Part shown: positions 11,908-24,670 of the stretch, piece after piece | Numbering within the stretch: the first letter of the stretch is position 1 | How the letters are laid out: every line of letters begins with the position of its first letter | Source of the DNA: Podarcis muralis | Taxonomy: Eukaryota | Length of the DNA stretch: 64,000 nt | NCBI RefSeq assembly: GCF_964188315.1 | Contig: NC_135656.1 | Location: forward strand, 111,166,001-111,230,000 | Direction of reading: 5' to 3' | Made by a program: the position numbers and the translations under genes | The notes under the pieces: model-generated | The model's input: the letters and a program-made list of their open reading frames with translations, nothing else | Database searches by the model: none | What the model was told of the DNA's origin: nothing

Positions 11908-12113
11908 GTAGGTTTTTTTCATTCAAGATCTTTGCACGCCAAGGTTGTGCGTCGACGACAGACTCGCAGCCAAGGCAGGGATCGTGGAGCATACCAGAAC
12001 CCCAGAAAGCCTGTCGCTTTAAAACTGCCTCGCACTTGGCCAGACTAACCCGAGGCTATTCCACAAAGCCCTCTAAATCATGTGCATAAAAGGTGAAGGT
12101 AAAGGACCCCTAA

Positions 12114-12463
12114 GGAACGCGGGTGGTGCTGTGGGTTAAACCACAAAGCCTAGGACTTGTAGATCAGAAGGTCGGCGGTTCGAATCCCCGCGATGGGGTG
12201 AGCTCCCGTTGCTCGGTCCCTGCTCCTGCCAACCTAGCAGTTCGAAAGCACGTCAAAGTACAAGTAGATAAATACGTACCACTCCGGCAGGAAGGTAAAT
12301 GGCGTTTCCGTGCGCTGCTCTGGTTCGCCAGAAGCGGCTTAGTCATGCTGGCCACATGACCCGGAAGCTGTACGCCGGGTCCCTCGGCCAGTAAAGCGAG
12401 ATGAGCGCTGCAACCCCAGAGTCGGCCACAACTGGACCTAATGGTCAGGGGTCCCTTTACCTT
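12114..12463 (+). mobile_element. Sauria SINE, nested in the tail of an antisense Sauria SINE
   Basis: Head gggacgcgggtggcgctgtggg-like, tail cctttacctt, flanked by a duplicated aaaggacccct. Other copies at about 19596-19903 (+), 22259-22555 (-), 43325-43654 (+), 51535-51894 (+) and 63144-63518 (+). Confidence 0.85.
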
Positions 12464-13036
12464 CAAAGGACCCCTGACAGTTAAGTCCAGTTGCGAACGA
12501 CTCTGGGGTTGCAGCGCTCATCTCACTATACAGGCCAAGGGAGCCGACGTTTGTCCGCAGACAGTTTTCTCATGTCATGTGGCTAGCATGACTAAGCCGC
12601 TTCTGGCGAAACCAAAGCAGCCCACGGAAATGCCGTTTACCTTCCCGCCAGAGTGGTACCTATTTATCTACTTGCGCTTGCTTTCGAATTGCTAGCATAG
12701 CATCCTTTAAACCCACAGACTGGTATGGCAGGAAAGGCTAGAACTTTCCTACTTCCTACTTTCCCAAAGTTCCGGAACTAATCGCTTCTTTCCTTAGCCA
12801 TTCCTTGCCCTGTGTGCAGCCTGAAAGTAGCTGCATGTGTGTGCAGTCGTGGGTCAGCTGGATGTGTGTAAATGGGGGATTGCCTGTACTGGATGTGTGT
12901 TGTGTTGTGTTGCCTGTGCATGCTGCACGTCCGATATGTGGAGCGGATTTCTGTGTATGTGTGGAGGACAGAGGGTGGGGTTTCTATGTTTGTTCCAGGT
13001 GCATTTGTGACACCAGTGTGGACGTTCTTTCCTCAG

Positions 13037-13267
13037 AAACAGTTAAACAAAGAAAAGCAGAAAATCAAAGATGCCTTTGAGAAGATGCAAAATTCTCTGG
13101 AGGAAAAAGAGAGTTCCTCGCTGGCCCGCCTGAGAAACCTAGAAAAGGAGATTAAGAAGAAGGTGGCGGAAAATGGCAACAGACTCTCGGAGGACATTTC
13201 TTACCTCACGAAATTGATCACTGAGCTGGAGGAGAAGTGTGAGCAGCCTCCACAGCTGTTCCTTCAG
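13037..13267 (+). CDS. TRIM-A coiled-coil exon (231 nt)
   Basis: cctcAG|AAA…CAG|GTGAGA; KQLNKEKQKIKDAFEKMQ…LEEKCEQPPQLFLQ. 231 nt, as in TRIM-C. Confidence 0.9.
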
Positions 13268-13387
13268 GTGAGATGGAGTCAATGTCGCCTGAAAGTGACA
13301 TTTGGTTTTCCACAGAGAAAACAGGGCAAATCAGTCCTCCTGGTAACACAAATATGAGACAGACTTCTCTGTATCTTTCTCTTTCAG

Positions 13388-13410
13388 GACATCGAAAGTA
13401 CCTTGCTCAG
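13388..13410 (+). CDS. TRIM-A 23-nt micro-exon (DIESTLL-R)
   Basis: ctttcAG|GACATC…CTCAG|GTATGC; paralogous to 46801-46823. Confidence 0.85.
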
Positions 13411-13683
13411 GTATGCAGCTTCTTCTCCTGCCATTACTGACTCTTAAAAATAAATAAATCCCTGCTTATTCCCCAGAAAGTCTTGATGCAGCTAACAGTA
13501 GCAAAAGCAGAATAAACAAACATTATAATGTCCATAGGCTGCAGGGCAAGGTGAGCAATAACTGGCTTTTCTTCTTCCTTTCTGTTACACAGTTTTTAGT
13601 CTAGCTTCTACACCCTTTGGATCTGACATTATTTGGCACAGATAATTTGTCCACAGCTACATTTGTCTTGACAGGGATGATGA

Positions 13684-14180
13684 TTTATACCCCTCCCATC
13701 TGGCTGGGTTCCCCCAGCCACCCTGGGCGGCTCCCAAAAGAATATTAAAAGCACTATAAAACATCAAACATTAAAAACTTCCCAAAACAGGGCTGCCTCC
13801 AGATGTCTTCTAAAAGCCAGATAGTTGTTTATTTCCTTGACATCTGATGGGAGGGCGTTCCACAGGGCAGGCGCCACCACCGAGAAGGCCCTCTGCCTGC
13901 TTCCCTGTAGCTTCACTATTCGCAGGAAGGGAACCACCAGAAGGCCCTCGGAGCTGGACCTCAGTGTCCGCGCAGAACGATGGAGGAGGAGATGCTCCTT
14001 CGGGTATACTGGGCCGAGGCCGTTTAGGGCTTCAAAGTTCAGCACCAACACTTTGAATTGTGCTTGGAAACATACTGGGAGCCAATGTAGGTCTTTCAGG
14101 ACCAGTGTTATATGGTCTCGGCGGCCAGTCTAGCTGCCACATTCTGGATTAGTTGTAGTTTCCGGGTCACCTTCAAAGGG
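13684..14180 (-). mobile_element. L2-clade LINE 3' fragment
   Basis: ORF 13764-14051 (-) 'ALNGLGP.Y.KE.L…RAFSVVAPALWNALP' and the L2 3' UTR. Confidence 0.8.
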
Positions 14181-14227
14181 ATGAAGCACATTCTTGTGTG
14201 AGCCCAAGAAGCCCCTCTGTATAGAAC

Positions 14228-14474
14228 TGCTAAGTTGTGGGTGAACATATCAGAGGACACAGCGATTCTTCAAACAGCTCTTGTTTATTCACAGGCCAGG
14301 ACAGAACTGAACTGAAGGGTTCAGTCAGCCTGCTTATATAGAGCTCCAGTACAATGTAACTGTAACAATTTTCTAAAACTATCCAATCACTGAATGTCAT
14401 TTTCAATCCCTTATTTGCATAACTATCTACAGTATCCCCCTGCTGGCCCAGGGTGAGAACTTGAGTACATAACA
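14228..14474 (-). mobile_element. Solo LTR (247 bp)
   Basis: TG…CA termini, 5-bp TSD AGAAC, TATATAAG and AATAAA on the - strand. Same family as 21340-21597. Confidence 0.85.
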
Positions 14475-14647
14475 AGAACCAGGCTGTAGTCCCCTCCAGT
14501 CCTCTCTCTCTACTTCCCCCAAAAGTGCTGGCTACTTAAAAACCTTTTCAAACGACAGGTGCCACGCATTGAATCTATAAAGCATTAGAGGAATTACCAT
14601 TCTTTAACCTTTCTTTTCGCAAAACCATGTTTCCGTCCTGGTTACAG

Positions 14648-14757
14648 GGAGAAACGAGCGGAGCATTCAGCAGACCTTTCCACCTGGTTGGAGGAGAGAC
14701 TCAAGATCTGTTGTCAGAAAAATTCAACGCTAGTAAACGCTATGGTGAAATGTGCAG
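14648..14757 (+). CDS. TRIM-A linker exon (110 nt)
   Basis: gttacAG|G…GCAG|GTATTT, phase 2 to phase 1; EKRAEHSADLSTWLEERLKICCQKNSTLVNAMVKCA. The frame is continuous with the flanking exons. Confidence 0.8.
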
Positions 14758-14814
14758 GTATTTGGGGCAGCTTGGGAGTCGGGTGGGGAGAGGGAGGGAG
14801 AGAGGTTGAGCTCT

Positions 14815-15378
14815 CAAATATATTCCTGTGGAGGAAAGCGATCTAGGGCCCGGGATGGAATGTGCAACGGAAACATCCACCCGTCTGTGAAAAGGCAAAA
14901 TTCCTTGCCAGTGAAAGGCATAGAAACAAAAACATTGTGATGCCTTTCTGCAAATCGATGGTGCAAACCTGGGAGGTTCTGGAGAGGCTTAGCAACTGCA
15001 TTTTGGAAGATTGCTGTAGAGCTGGAAACATTGCAGTAAATATGATAGCCATGTTCAAATATATAAAAGGATGTCATATAGAGGAGGGAGAAAGGTTGTT
15101 TTCTGCTGCTCCAGAGAAGCGGACACGGAGCAATGGATCCAAACTACAAGAAAGAAGATTCCACCTAAACATTAGGAAGAACTTCCTGACAGTAAGAGCT
15201 GTTCGACAGTGGAATTTGCTGCCAAGGAGTGTGGTGGAGTCTCCTTCTTTGGAGGTCTTTAAGCAGAGGCTTGACAACCATATGTCAGGAGTGCTCTGAT
15301 GGTGTTTCCTGCTTGGCAGGGGGTTGGACTCGATGGCCCTTGTGGTCTATTCCAACTCTATGATTCTATGATTCTATG
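14815..15378 (+). mobile_element. CR1 LINE 3' fragment
   Basis: ORF 14862-15299 has the CR1 RT C-terminus (KYIKGCH.EEG..LFS…RTRSNG.KL…RF.LNIRKNFLTVR) and a (ttctatga)n tail. Confidence 0.9.
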
Positions 15379-15496
15379 AATTTTATTTTCAAAAAAATGA
15401 AATCTACATATATTTATTACATATTGATGAGCTCTTTGAGCGAATTTGTCATTTTTAAACCTAATGTTTCCTTCCTTCTCCCACCTCCTCAAACAG

Positions 15497-15523
15497 ATTC
15501 TCTGGAGGAAGCACTGAAGAAAG
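15497..15523 (+). CDS. TRIM-A 27-nt micro-exon (D-SLEEALKK)
   Basis: aaacAG|AT…AAAG|GTAATT, phase 1-1; paralogous to 49252-49278. Confidence 0.85.
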
Positions 15524-16323
15524 GTAATTTTGGGGGGACAGAATACCAAGGGATATTTTGATGGGATAAGTTGCCAGTAGGTCCGTCTGCTGACCACAGA
15601 AAGCCACCCACTTTAAAACTGTAGCACATCTAATGTAATTCTAATTTATGTGATGATCTTAATCGAGGTCAAGTTGACATATTGATATTTTGTACATTGC
15701 TGCTGCTTCTTGCTTGCTGGTGAGTCACACAAAGCAATAATCAACCTAAAAAAGCAAAACAACCCATGAAATACAGTACCTCATTTTTATATTTCAGAAG
15801 GTTTGAATAAATTTCTCACTCACACTACAGTGCCTCTGGAGCAAAAACTGGAGAAAGGTAATATTATGGAACTAAATGAGAACTAAATCTTGGTGGGAGA
15901 TGGTGCTTGGAAAAGAGTCAAAGAGCAGAACTGGTTTTATTCTGGGAATAAATTCAGTAAATTGAGTAAATAATAATTGTTTCTTAACTGTGCCTGACAT
16001 GCCATCCAAAAGTTAATTCATTCAGCATAGCCCTATATTTAAATGCCGATCTTAATCAGGGAAGTACTGTAACAGGGCTTTTTTTAAAAGAAGCAACCGC
16101 TGAAACATGTATGATTATTGTTTTATTCTATTGCTTCTTAAACGAGAACTGAATAAAAGTAAGTTCTAGAAGAATTAGATGGAAACACAAGCCCCCCAAT
16201 GAAAATAAGGACACCCAATGACACATAAAACATTAACCATAGTCGCTGAGAGCATGTCATTCAAATAAAAACTACCAAGTCTAACAAATGAGTAATTATT
16301 ATTATTATTATTATTATTATTAG

Positions 16324-16376
<53 letters not shown>

Positions 16377-16980
16377 AATTGAATTTATATACCGCCCTAT
16401 ACCTGGAGGTCTCAGGGCGGTTCACAAAAAAGATCACAATATATAAAATCAAAATAAAAAGAATAACCCAATAATGCCCCACCCCAAAAAAGAGCTACAT
16501 TTTAAAAGGGCATAGGATGTTGATGAAGTCAACCAAAGGCCTAGTTAAAAAGGAACATTTTTGCCTGGCACCTAAATGTGCATAATGAAGGCACCAGGCG
16601 GACTTCCCTGGGGAGAGCATTCCACAGATGGGGAGCCACTGCAGAAAAGGCCCCGTTCTCGTGTGATCCCCCTCCAAACCTCTTGAAGAGGAGGCACACG
16701 AAGGAGGGTCTCAGAAGATGATCTCAGGGTCTGGGTAGGTTCTTATGGAAAGAGGCGGTCCTTGAGGTATTGCGGTCCTGAGCCATTTAAAGCTTTATAG
16801 GTCAAAACCAGCACTTTGAAATGGGCCTGGAAACTAATTGGTAGCCAGTGCAGTCGGACCAGGATCGGTGTAATATGCTCAGACCGTCTTGCTCCGGTGA
16901 GCAACCTGGCCGCTGAATTCTGCACTATCTGAAGTTTCCAAACCGTCTTCAAAGGCATCTCTGCGTATAAGTATGTAAAT

Positions 16981-17482
16981 CATAGCTGTCAACCGTCCCT
17001 TATTTGGCGGGAAACTCCCTTATCCCAGTGCCGTGTCTTGCTGCTGTCCCTTATTGATGATGTCCCTTAAATTTCCTGGGTTTCATGCTCACCTGGCTCG
17101 GGAGGGAAGCAGCGGCTCGGGGTCCTCCGCCACAAGAGAGCACGCACGCTGGCACCGTCATCCTGGTGCAAGGAGTTCCATCGGCCCTTCCCCGCTGGAG
17201 AGAGGGGGGGAGGGAGAGAGACTCTCACCCACACCGCCCACAAGCCCAGAGGCAGTAGTGGTGGCGGCAGCTGAGGAGGCGGCCTGAGGGAGGATGGGGA
17301 GGGGATGGGGAGGGACGCAGAAGGGTGGCGCCGCAACAGCCTCATGCCGGATTGACAGCATCTGTCAATCCTACCAATGTATGTAACTCTTTACAACAGC
17401 AAAATCCCTTATTTTGGCTGCTGATCCCTTATTTTCGAGGCTGCTGGTCCCTTCTTTTCAAATCTGTAAGTTGACAGCTATG
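16981..17482. mobile_element. hAT-type MITE (TIR catagctgtcaac)
   Basis: TIRs catagctgtcaac…gttgacagctatg with an 8-bp TSD ATGTAAAT. Other copies at 37003-37190 (TSD GGCTGAGG) and 23235-24888 (interrupted by L1). Confidence 0.9.
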
Positions 17483-17653
17483 ATGTAAATATGTCTCTGA
17501 TTGGAAATGGGTAGAAACCACAGCTAAAGGTGGTGTTCCCAGGTGTAGCGGATGCGAAGGGATCGTTCCTTCTCACCTGCTTAGGGAGTGTACACTTGCT
17601 GGCCGGGAGATTTAAGCCCACGTTTATTTTCTCTTTCTCTGTGTGCCCTTCAG

Positions 17654-18210
17654 TGAGCGTGACTCTGGATCCTCTCACGGCACACCCTCTGCTCGCGCTG
17701 TCTGCCGATCTGAAGAGCGTGAAGGTTGGGGACGTGCCTGATGACCAGGCAGAGGACACGGACGAATTGCTCTCCATACCCTACGTGCTGGGCCGCGAGA
17801 AGTTCACGTCCGGGAGACATTGGTGGGAAGCCGAGCTGGATTTAAATGAAGAAGACAAGGAATACATGGATCAGGAGTGCTTGTGGATCGTAGGGGCGGC
17901 AAGAGAGTCCTTCCAGGGAAATAAAGGTTTCGACCTCAGCCCTAAAGCTGGGGTCTGGGCTGTGGGGGTGAGCCCCTTTTCCAAAAAGCTCACTGCTTTC
18001 ATTTCCCGCAAGCCAAGCCATTCGCACTTGGCGCATCAGGTGAGGAAGATCCGAGTATCCCTGGATTACAAAGCACGCCAGGTGGAGTTTTTTGATGCCG
18101 ATACAGATGCCTCCATTTTCACTTTTTCGGCAGCTTCGTTCGCTGGGGAGGCCATTCGTCCCTTTTTTTGTCTGGGGGGAGAAGGACTTGAATTGAAGTG
18201 TGGGAACTGA
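17654..18210 (+). CDS. TRIM-A terminal exon: PRY/SPRY (B30.2) domain 1
   Basis: Phase-1 acceptor cccttcAG|TG; VTLDPLTAHPLL…VLGREKFTSGRHWWE…KIRVSLDY…VEFFDAD…IRPFF; stop TGA at 18208-18210. The joined model with both RING exons is 591 aa. Confidence 0.92.
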
Positions 18211-18258
18211 GCAGAATATTCACCAGTCCTGGTCTTTCCCTGAAAACAGATAGCTAGC

Positions 18259-18540
18259 GGAAGCTTTCCTTCTGGTGCAAATAGCAGCTGTGGGGGTGTA
18301 TTAGGGCTGTGCTAATGGAAGCTTTCCTTCTGGTGCAAATAGCAGCTTGGGGGTGTATTAGGGCTGTATTCGTGGAAGCTTTCCTTCTGGTGCAAATATC
18401 AGCTGTGGGGGTGTATCAGGGCTGTGCTAATGGAAGCTTTCCTTCTGGTGCAAATAGCAGCTGTGGGGGTTTATTAGGGCTGTATTCGTGGAAGCTTCCC
18501 TTCTGGTGCAAATAGCAACTGTGGAAGTGTGTATTAGGGT
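18259..18540 (+). repeat. ~58-bp minisatellite, 5 copies
   Basis: Unit ggaagctttccttctggtgcaaatagcagctgtgggggtgtattagggctgt(gctaat/attcgt) starting at 18259, 18317, 18374, 18432 and 18490. Confidence 0.95.
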
Positions 18541-21139
18541 TCTGCTGAGACCCCACTGATCTGCCTCGTGGCCCCAGTTTGCGGTCCCTGGGTCTGCACA
18601 TCACCCACGTGCAGACAGGGATGTCCCACCCTCTGACAGCCCTGGATTGCTCTGGGCTTTGCAACCCAATCCAGGGCTATTTGAACCTGACTCGGTTGAT
18701 GCCCAGATTCTCCCCCCTTTTCCCCAAATCAGCCTGATTCAGTTTGGGACTCAGCCAAACGCGCTCTGCAGCCATAGTAGGTACAGGAGGAGAAATTAGG
18801 TTTGATTTTCATGCTAATGCAAAAATACCAAATTTACACTCCCCATAACAATGTGTGAACCAAAGCCTAGCTATCCTTCAAAATCCACACTTCTCAGAAT
18901 TTTGCTATGCAGAATTTAGTAGTCTTCTAGGCAGATAATATGTGCATTAGGGGGAATTGTGCTTAAAATTGCATATATTAGCGACTATAGAATACAAACA
19001 TGCATTATGTCTAGCGAAACTACTTGCAAAAATGGGTATATTAGCCAAAATTGCATAAGGAGAAATGCATACTAAAATTTCTATGCTGAGCTTATCCACC
19101 TGGATTTTTAAAAATTCCAATCATATTCCTTAATCTAATCAAGAAACAAGCTTTTTTTCTGATCCTATGCACTATTCTACATATGCATATGCACTCTAGA
19201 ATTCCTAAAGTAACCAGTATAATCCAGCATGCTTGAGTAATTAGTGTGTGAAGAGGTTAAAACCATAGAGTAAGCTGTCCTGCCAGGCTTTGTCTATTTT
19301 ACTTCCCCCTCACCTTGGGAGGAAATGGGTAACCAAGCCCTTTGGATTTCTGTATGGAAGGATCTCTGAACTGGTCACTCCAGCCAGCAGCATAGCTTTA
19401 ACCTGCCTCCTTTGTTTCAGACCAGAATGGAGTTCTGAAACTAGCATTTTTCTATACCAATAGTTTAGATACTTTTGCATTCATGTAGTTGAGCAACGAT
19501 TTTGACTGACTCCGTATCTTTTCTGTCTGCTGTATGGAAAAGCACATGAATAGTTTTGTAAGGAAACCATTTTATGTGGTCTATCTCTGTGACGCGGGAC
19601 GCGGGTGGCGCTGTGGGTAAAACCACAGTGCCTAGGACTTGCTGATCGCATGGTCGGCGGTTCGAATCCCCGCGGCGGGGTGAGCAAGTAGATAAATAGG
19701 TACCGCGTTATAGCGGGAAGGTAAATGGCGTTCCGTGTGCTGCGCTGGTGCAGGCTCGCCAGAGCAGCGATGTCACACTGGCCACGTGACCCGGAAGTGT
19801 CTGCGGATGGCGCTGGCTCCCGGCCTCTAGAGTGAGATGAGCGCACAACCCTAGAGTCTGTCAAGACTGGCCCGTATGGGCAGGGGTACCTTTACCTTTA
19901 CCTTTTATCTCTGTGCTGGGGAATCAATATAGCTTGGAAAGAGCTTTTTAAAAAGGGTTTACAGCCTATATTTCCATGTGTTTCTTTGCTGCATGTTTTG
20001 CGATGTTACGTAAATCTCTGCTGGGGTTTTCTCACCAAAGGGTACTTGCCCCAAACTTGGAACCTAGACTTCTAGTATGCCAACAACCAGCACATAAGCA
20101 GATACATTTAACAATGCACATCGCTGTATATTTAACACTATGTATCAATAAACTTATAAAGTTACTCTGCAGAAATGTACCGCAGTGTGTTGTTTTACTC
20201 TTTTATACTTATTATACATATACCATACTTTTTGAGGAAAGTGTATCATTATACATGAGTGGAGCACCATTATCTTCCCACTGAAAAAAACTCAAATTTA
20301 TCTCTGCACATCTAGGAACAGGTGAAGAGATGCCATATAAGAAGAAGGGTCAAGTATGATTTTCTGACAAGATTTCCATACCTCTCGTTTAGAAAGTAAG
20401 CCATAACACAAGGACATATGTTTTTGAATTCATCTGTTCATCTTTCCACATCCATTAGCCAAAAAAAAAATCAAACACACACATACACATTTTTAAAACA
20501 GGAGGAACGCTTGCTTAGAAGTTGCATGTGGTTTTTCTCCCCACAAAAAATAAATTTAATTTTTCATGACCCAAAACACTTCCTTCTCTAGATTGAAAGA
20601 GCAAGGTACAGTGGTACCTCGGGTTAAGTACTTAATTCGTTCCAGAGGTCCATTCTTAACCTGAAGCACCACTTTAGCTAATGTGGCCTCCTGCTGCTGC
20701 CGTGCCGCTGGAGCACGATTTCTGTTCTCATCCTGAAGCAAAGTTCTTAACCTGAAGCACTATTTCTGGGTTAGCGGAGTCTGTAACCTGAAGCGTATGC
20801 AACCTGAGGTACCACTGTATTCAAACTGAGGCTACCAAGGAACCAATGGCTTCTGTAAGCAGATAACACACTGCTCATTCCCTATGTAGTTCCTGGGAGG
20901 AAAGAAGTTTTTGAAGGAGAAAGAAAGGTACAGTCCCTAAACACCCACGTGCTCTATAGACCTGGTCAACATTATGTCTGAACAGGAAATTCCAACACAA
21001 ATAGTGTATGCTATGCTTCAATGGGCCTGCTTCAATGTCCCCACATATTCCTCACACCCCATCCTGCCCTGCACATATTGAGCACAAGCCAATGTCTTCT
21101 TCTTCCAAAGCAACTACTCTATTCCGAACTTAAAAATCG

Positions 21140-21782
21140 AAAGCGCAATGCTGGTGGTCAACAAAAGAGGCTGAAAGACTCCCTCAAGGCAAATCTTTAA
21201 AAATGTAGTATAAACACTGACAACTGGGAAACACTGGCCTGTGAGCGCTCCAATTGGAGAACAGCCTTTACCAAAGGTGTCATGAGTTTTGAAGACACTC
21301 GAACTCAGGACGCAAGGGAGAAACGAGTTCAGAGGAAGGTGTTAAGTTGTGGGTGAACATATCAGACAACACAGCGATTCTTCAAACAGCTCTTGTTTAT
21401 TCACAGGCCAGAACAGAACTGAACTGAAGGGTTCAGCCAGCCTGCTTATATAGAACTCCACTAGAACGCAACAGTTACCATTTTCTGTAACTATCCAATC
21501 ACTGAACGTCACTTTCAATCCCTTATTTGCATATGTGGACCTGAACTATCTACAGTATCCCCCTGCTGGCCCAGGGTGAGAACTTCAGTACATAACAGAA
21601 GGCACGCTTGGCAAACCCTCACCGTGATCAACTCCCATTTGGAAACCTATGTCCCCACTGTGGAAGGACATGTGGGTCCAGAATTGGCCTCCACAGTCAC
21701 TTACGGAGTCATTGTTAAGACTGTGTTCATGGAAGATCATCTTACTTGCCTACGAGTGATCGCCAAAGAAGAAGAAGAAACC
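21140..21782 (+). mobile_element. RTE-clade LINE 3' end, interrupted by a solo LTR
   Basis: Reads …INTDNWETLACERSNWRTAF…KARLANP…CPHCGRTCGSRIGLHSHLRSH once the LTR is removed; (gaa)n tail. Confidence 0.75.
21340..21597 (-). mobile_element. Solo LTR (258 bp)
   Basis: TG…CA termini, 5-bp TSD GAAGG, homologous to 14228-14474. Confidence 0.85.
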
Positions 21783-23532
21783 ATTAGCATTCCTTACACA
21801 ATCAGTGTATAAACCTTATTAAATAAATAAGTAAACAAGTTACGTAATTTTGCCACAGCAGACAGCGAGATGAGTAACTTAGCTCAAAAACTTTTCATGT
21901 TCTGAATTCACACGCCTTCTTCCATTCCCTGCTTGGAAGTAAGTCCCATTGAACTCAATGGGGTTTGTTTCTGAGTAGACCTGTACAAGGGCTCTTCCGC
22001 ATTTGATTTTCTGCTGCACTTTCTAAGCACAGACCCAAGATTTATTGGACCATGTCTGAGCGGTTGGGGGGGGTGTCCCACCACTTTCCCCAGGAAAACC
22101 TGCTGTACACCACTGAATTGGAACAAATGGCAATCTGCAGAAAACCCTATTGCTGTCCATTCCGATTCAGCAGTAAACAGTTTTCTGAAGGGAAGCAGCG
22201 AGGGGGGGGGTTGACACTTCCGGACACAGACCAACAAATTTCAGACCAGTTGCTAGGAAGTGCGGCATCTCGCTTTACTGGCCGAGGGAGCCAGCGTACA
22301 GCTTCCGGGTCATGTGGCCAGCATGACTAAGCCGCTTCTGGCGAACCAGAGTAGCGCACGGAAACGCCGTTTACCTTCCCGCCGGACTGGTACCTATTTA
22401 TCTACTTGCACTTTGACATGCTTTCGAACTGCTAGGTTGGCAGGAGCAGGGACCAAGCAATGGGAGCTCACCCCGTAGCGGGGATTCGAACCGCCAACCT
22501 TCTGATCAGCAAGTCCTAGGCTCTGTGGTTTAACCCACAGCGCCACCCGCGTCCCTTTCAAGCACTTAATGGGGTTTTATTATGCAGATAGATCAACAGA
22601 CTCCATTCTGGAAAAATGAAAGAGTAGTTAATTTATCTCATTCACTCAGCCAGGAGTCCAGGACAACTGAACTAAGAAAGAGAGAGAAAATTACTAGGAT
22701 GATGTGTGGGTAACAATGGGCAAGGGCTGGTTTAAATAAGCATAGCAACAAAGCAACAAACAAACAGGAAAACAGTAACCACATAAACATTGTGGAAAAT
22801 TTTAAAACATCCTTTTTCAAAACGATCACTAGACAAGGTGCTACCAGAGAGAAGGCCCTTTCTGACACCCAGCTCCCTTAACGTCAACTAGCAGACACCC
22901 AATTTCTTCAATATAGCGCTGTTTAATATACGTAGCAAAAAATTAGAGATGTGAAGGCCCAGGGGGAAGAAAAAAAGAAAAGGAGGGGGAACCCAGTCCC
23001 CCCCCCCATATATTTCTCAGGGGCAGAGGGGTTGACTTTAGTTTCCAAAAATGGTGGGAGGACCTGGGGTGGATTTCCCCAAACTTTCTGCTGTCTCCCC
23101 CTGGGCTTTACATCTGTACACAAGCTCTGCTTCCCACACCACTCTCAGCCACAAGCCTCTGAGGGCAGAGATGCCGTTTCCTACCTCAACCACTCAGAGG
23201 GTTTCCTTCCAAAACCTAACAAACACCTTCAGGGCATAGCTGTCAACTTAGATTTGAAAATAAGGGACCAGCAGCCAAAATAAGGGATTTTCCAAGGTAT
23301 GTTCAACTTCTGAGCCCCTCCGAGCCAAAGGCAGAAAGCCCAGCCAGCAGCCAAACGAAGCCTCAAGTGGTGGTTCCCACACCACAGCAACCTGGCAAAG
23401 GGGATGCAGCAAGGAAAGCCACCGTCACCTCTCCGCTGGGAAGCGCTGAGCAAAGGTGAGTCCCCAGGCAACACAGCCGATTTGATCGGCACAAGGCATG
23501 CAAGCTCCACCCCCCAGTCGTTCTTAGACTCC

Positions 23533-24670
23533 TTTTTTTTTTTTTTTGCTTCATAATTTTTATTGATTTGCATATTAAAAAGATATAAAACATAAAAGCT
23601 ACATTCTCATTTTCACAGATTGTTTGGTACGACTTCCTTCAACCTTTCCACAAATCATCCATAATATCCTTATAAGAATCCGCATTTCTTAATTTGTATT
23701 GTCATTATCCATCCTGGTTCTTCTCTTTCTCTTTGACAGTACCCTTTTCTTTTTACAGAGCTCCTTTAAAACCCACTAGTGTTATCTGTCCTTCACTCAA
23801 GTTTTCCAGATAATTCGTAAAGTTTTCCCACTCCTTAATGAACCTCTGGTCTTTGGAATATCTAATTTTCCCTGTCATCTTATCCATCTCCGTGTAATCT
23901 AACAGTTTTGCTCTCCATTCTTCGATTGTCGGCAAATTCTCAGATTTCCAATTTTGAGCTAATAAGATTCTTGCAGCCGATGTTGCATACTGGAAAAACT
24001 TATAATCTTTCTTTTTTATCTCCCTTCCTACCAATCCCAACAAAAAAGCCTCAGGTTTTTTAACAAAAGTATATCTTAAAATCTTTTTCATTTCGTTATA
24101 CACCCCCTCCCAGAACCCTTTAACTTTTTGACACTCCCACCACATGTGAAAAAAGGACCCCTCCCTTTCTCTACACTTCCAACATTTGTTACAGGTCCCG
24201 TACATTTTGGCTAATTTTACAGGAGTTAAATACCAACGGTAAAACATTTTCATTAGATTCTCCTTTAGTGTCACACAAGCTGTAAACTTAAGGTGTGTTT
24301 TCCAGAGTTTCTCCCACTCTTCAGCATATATATTATGGCCGATGTCTCTCGCCCAATGTATCGCTACCGATTTTACTTCTTCATCTATTAAATTCCAGTC
24401 TAGTAGCTGGTTATACATTTTAGACAAAATTCTATAGTTGTTGTTCAATATTTCAGTCTGGAATCTAGAGTCTTTGTCGGCGTATCCTTTATCTGTAATA
24501 TCTTTCTTAAACATTCCATTTAACTGAAAGTAATGCAGCCAGTCATATACTTTCTCCTTAATCTGATCGTACGGCTTTAATTTCCACTTCCCTTCTTCTT
24601 TCGTTAACAGTTGCTCGTATGTGGGCCAGTTATCTCTCGTATTTATCTTTTTGACACTCATCACTTCTAG
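23533..24670 (-). mobile_element. 5'-truncated L1-clade LINE (ORF2 C-terminus, 3' UTR, poly-A)
   Basis: ORF 23753-24664 carries 'KMFYRWYLTP.KL..MY…CWKC…GSFFHMWWEC', the L1 C-terminal Cys/His knuckle. Poly-T on the + strand from about 23533. TSD tcgttcttagactcc at 23518-23532 / 24682-24696. Confidence 0.9.

Noticed and set aside
18259-18540. Regularly spaced direct repeats resembling a CRISPR array
   Set aside because: The units are head-to-tail with no unique spacers, and the DNA is eukaryotic; it is a minisatellite.
20891-20928. Possible AG…GT micro-exon upstream of the distal B30.2 exon
   Set aside because: 38 nt long, phase-incompatible with the phase-1 acceptor and unlike the SLEEALKK exon.
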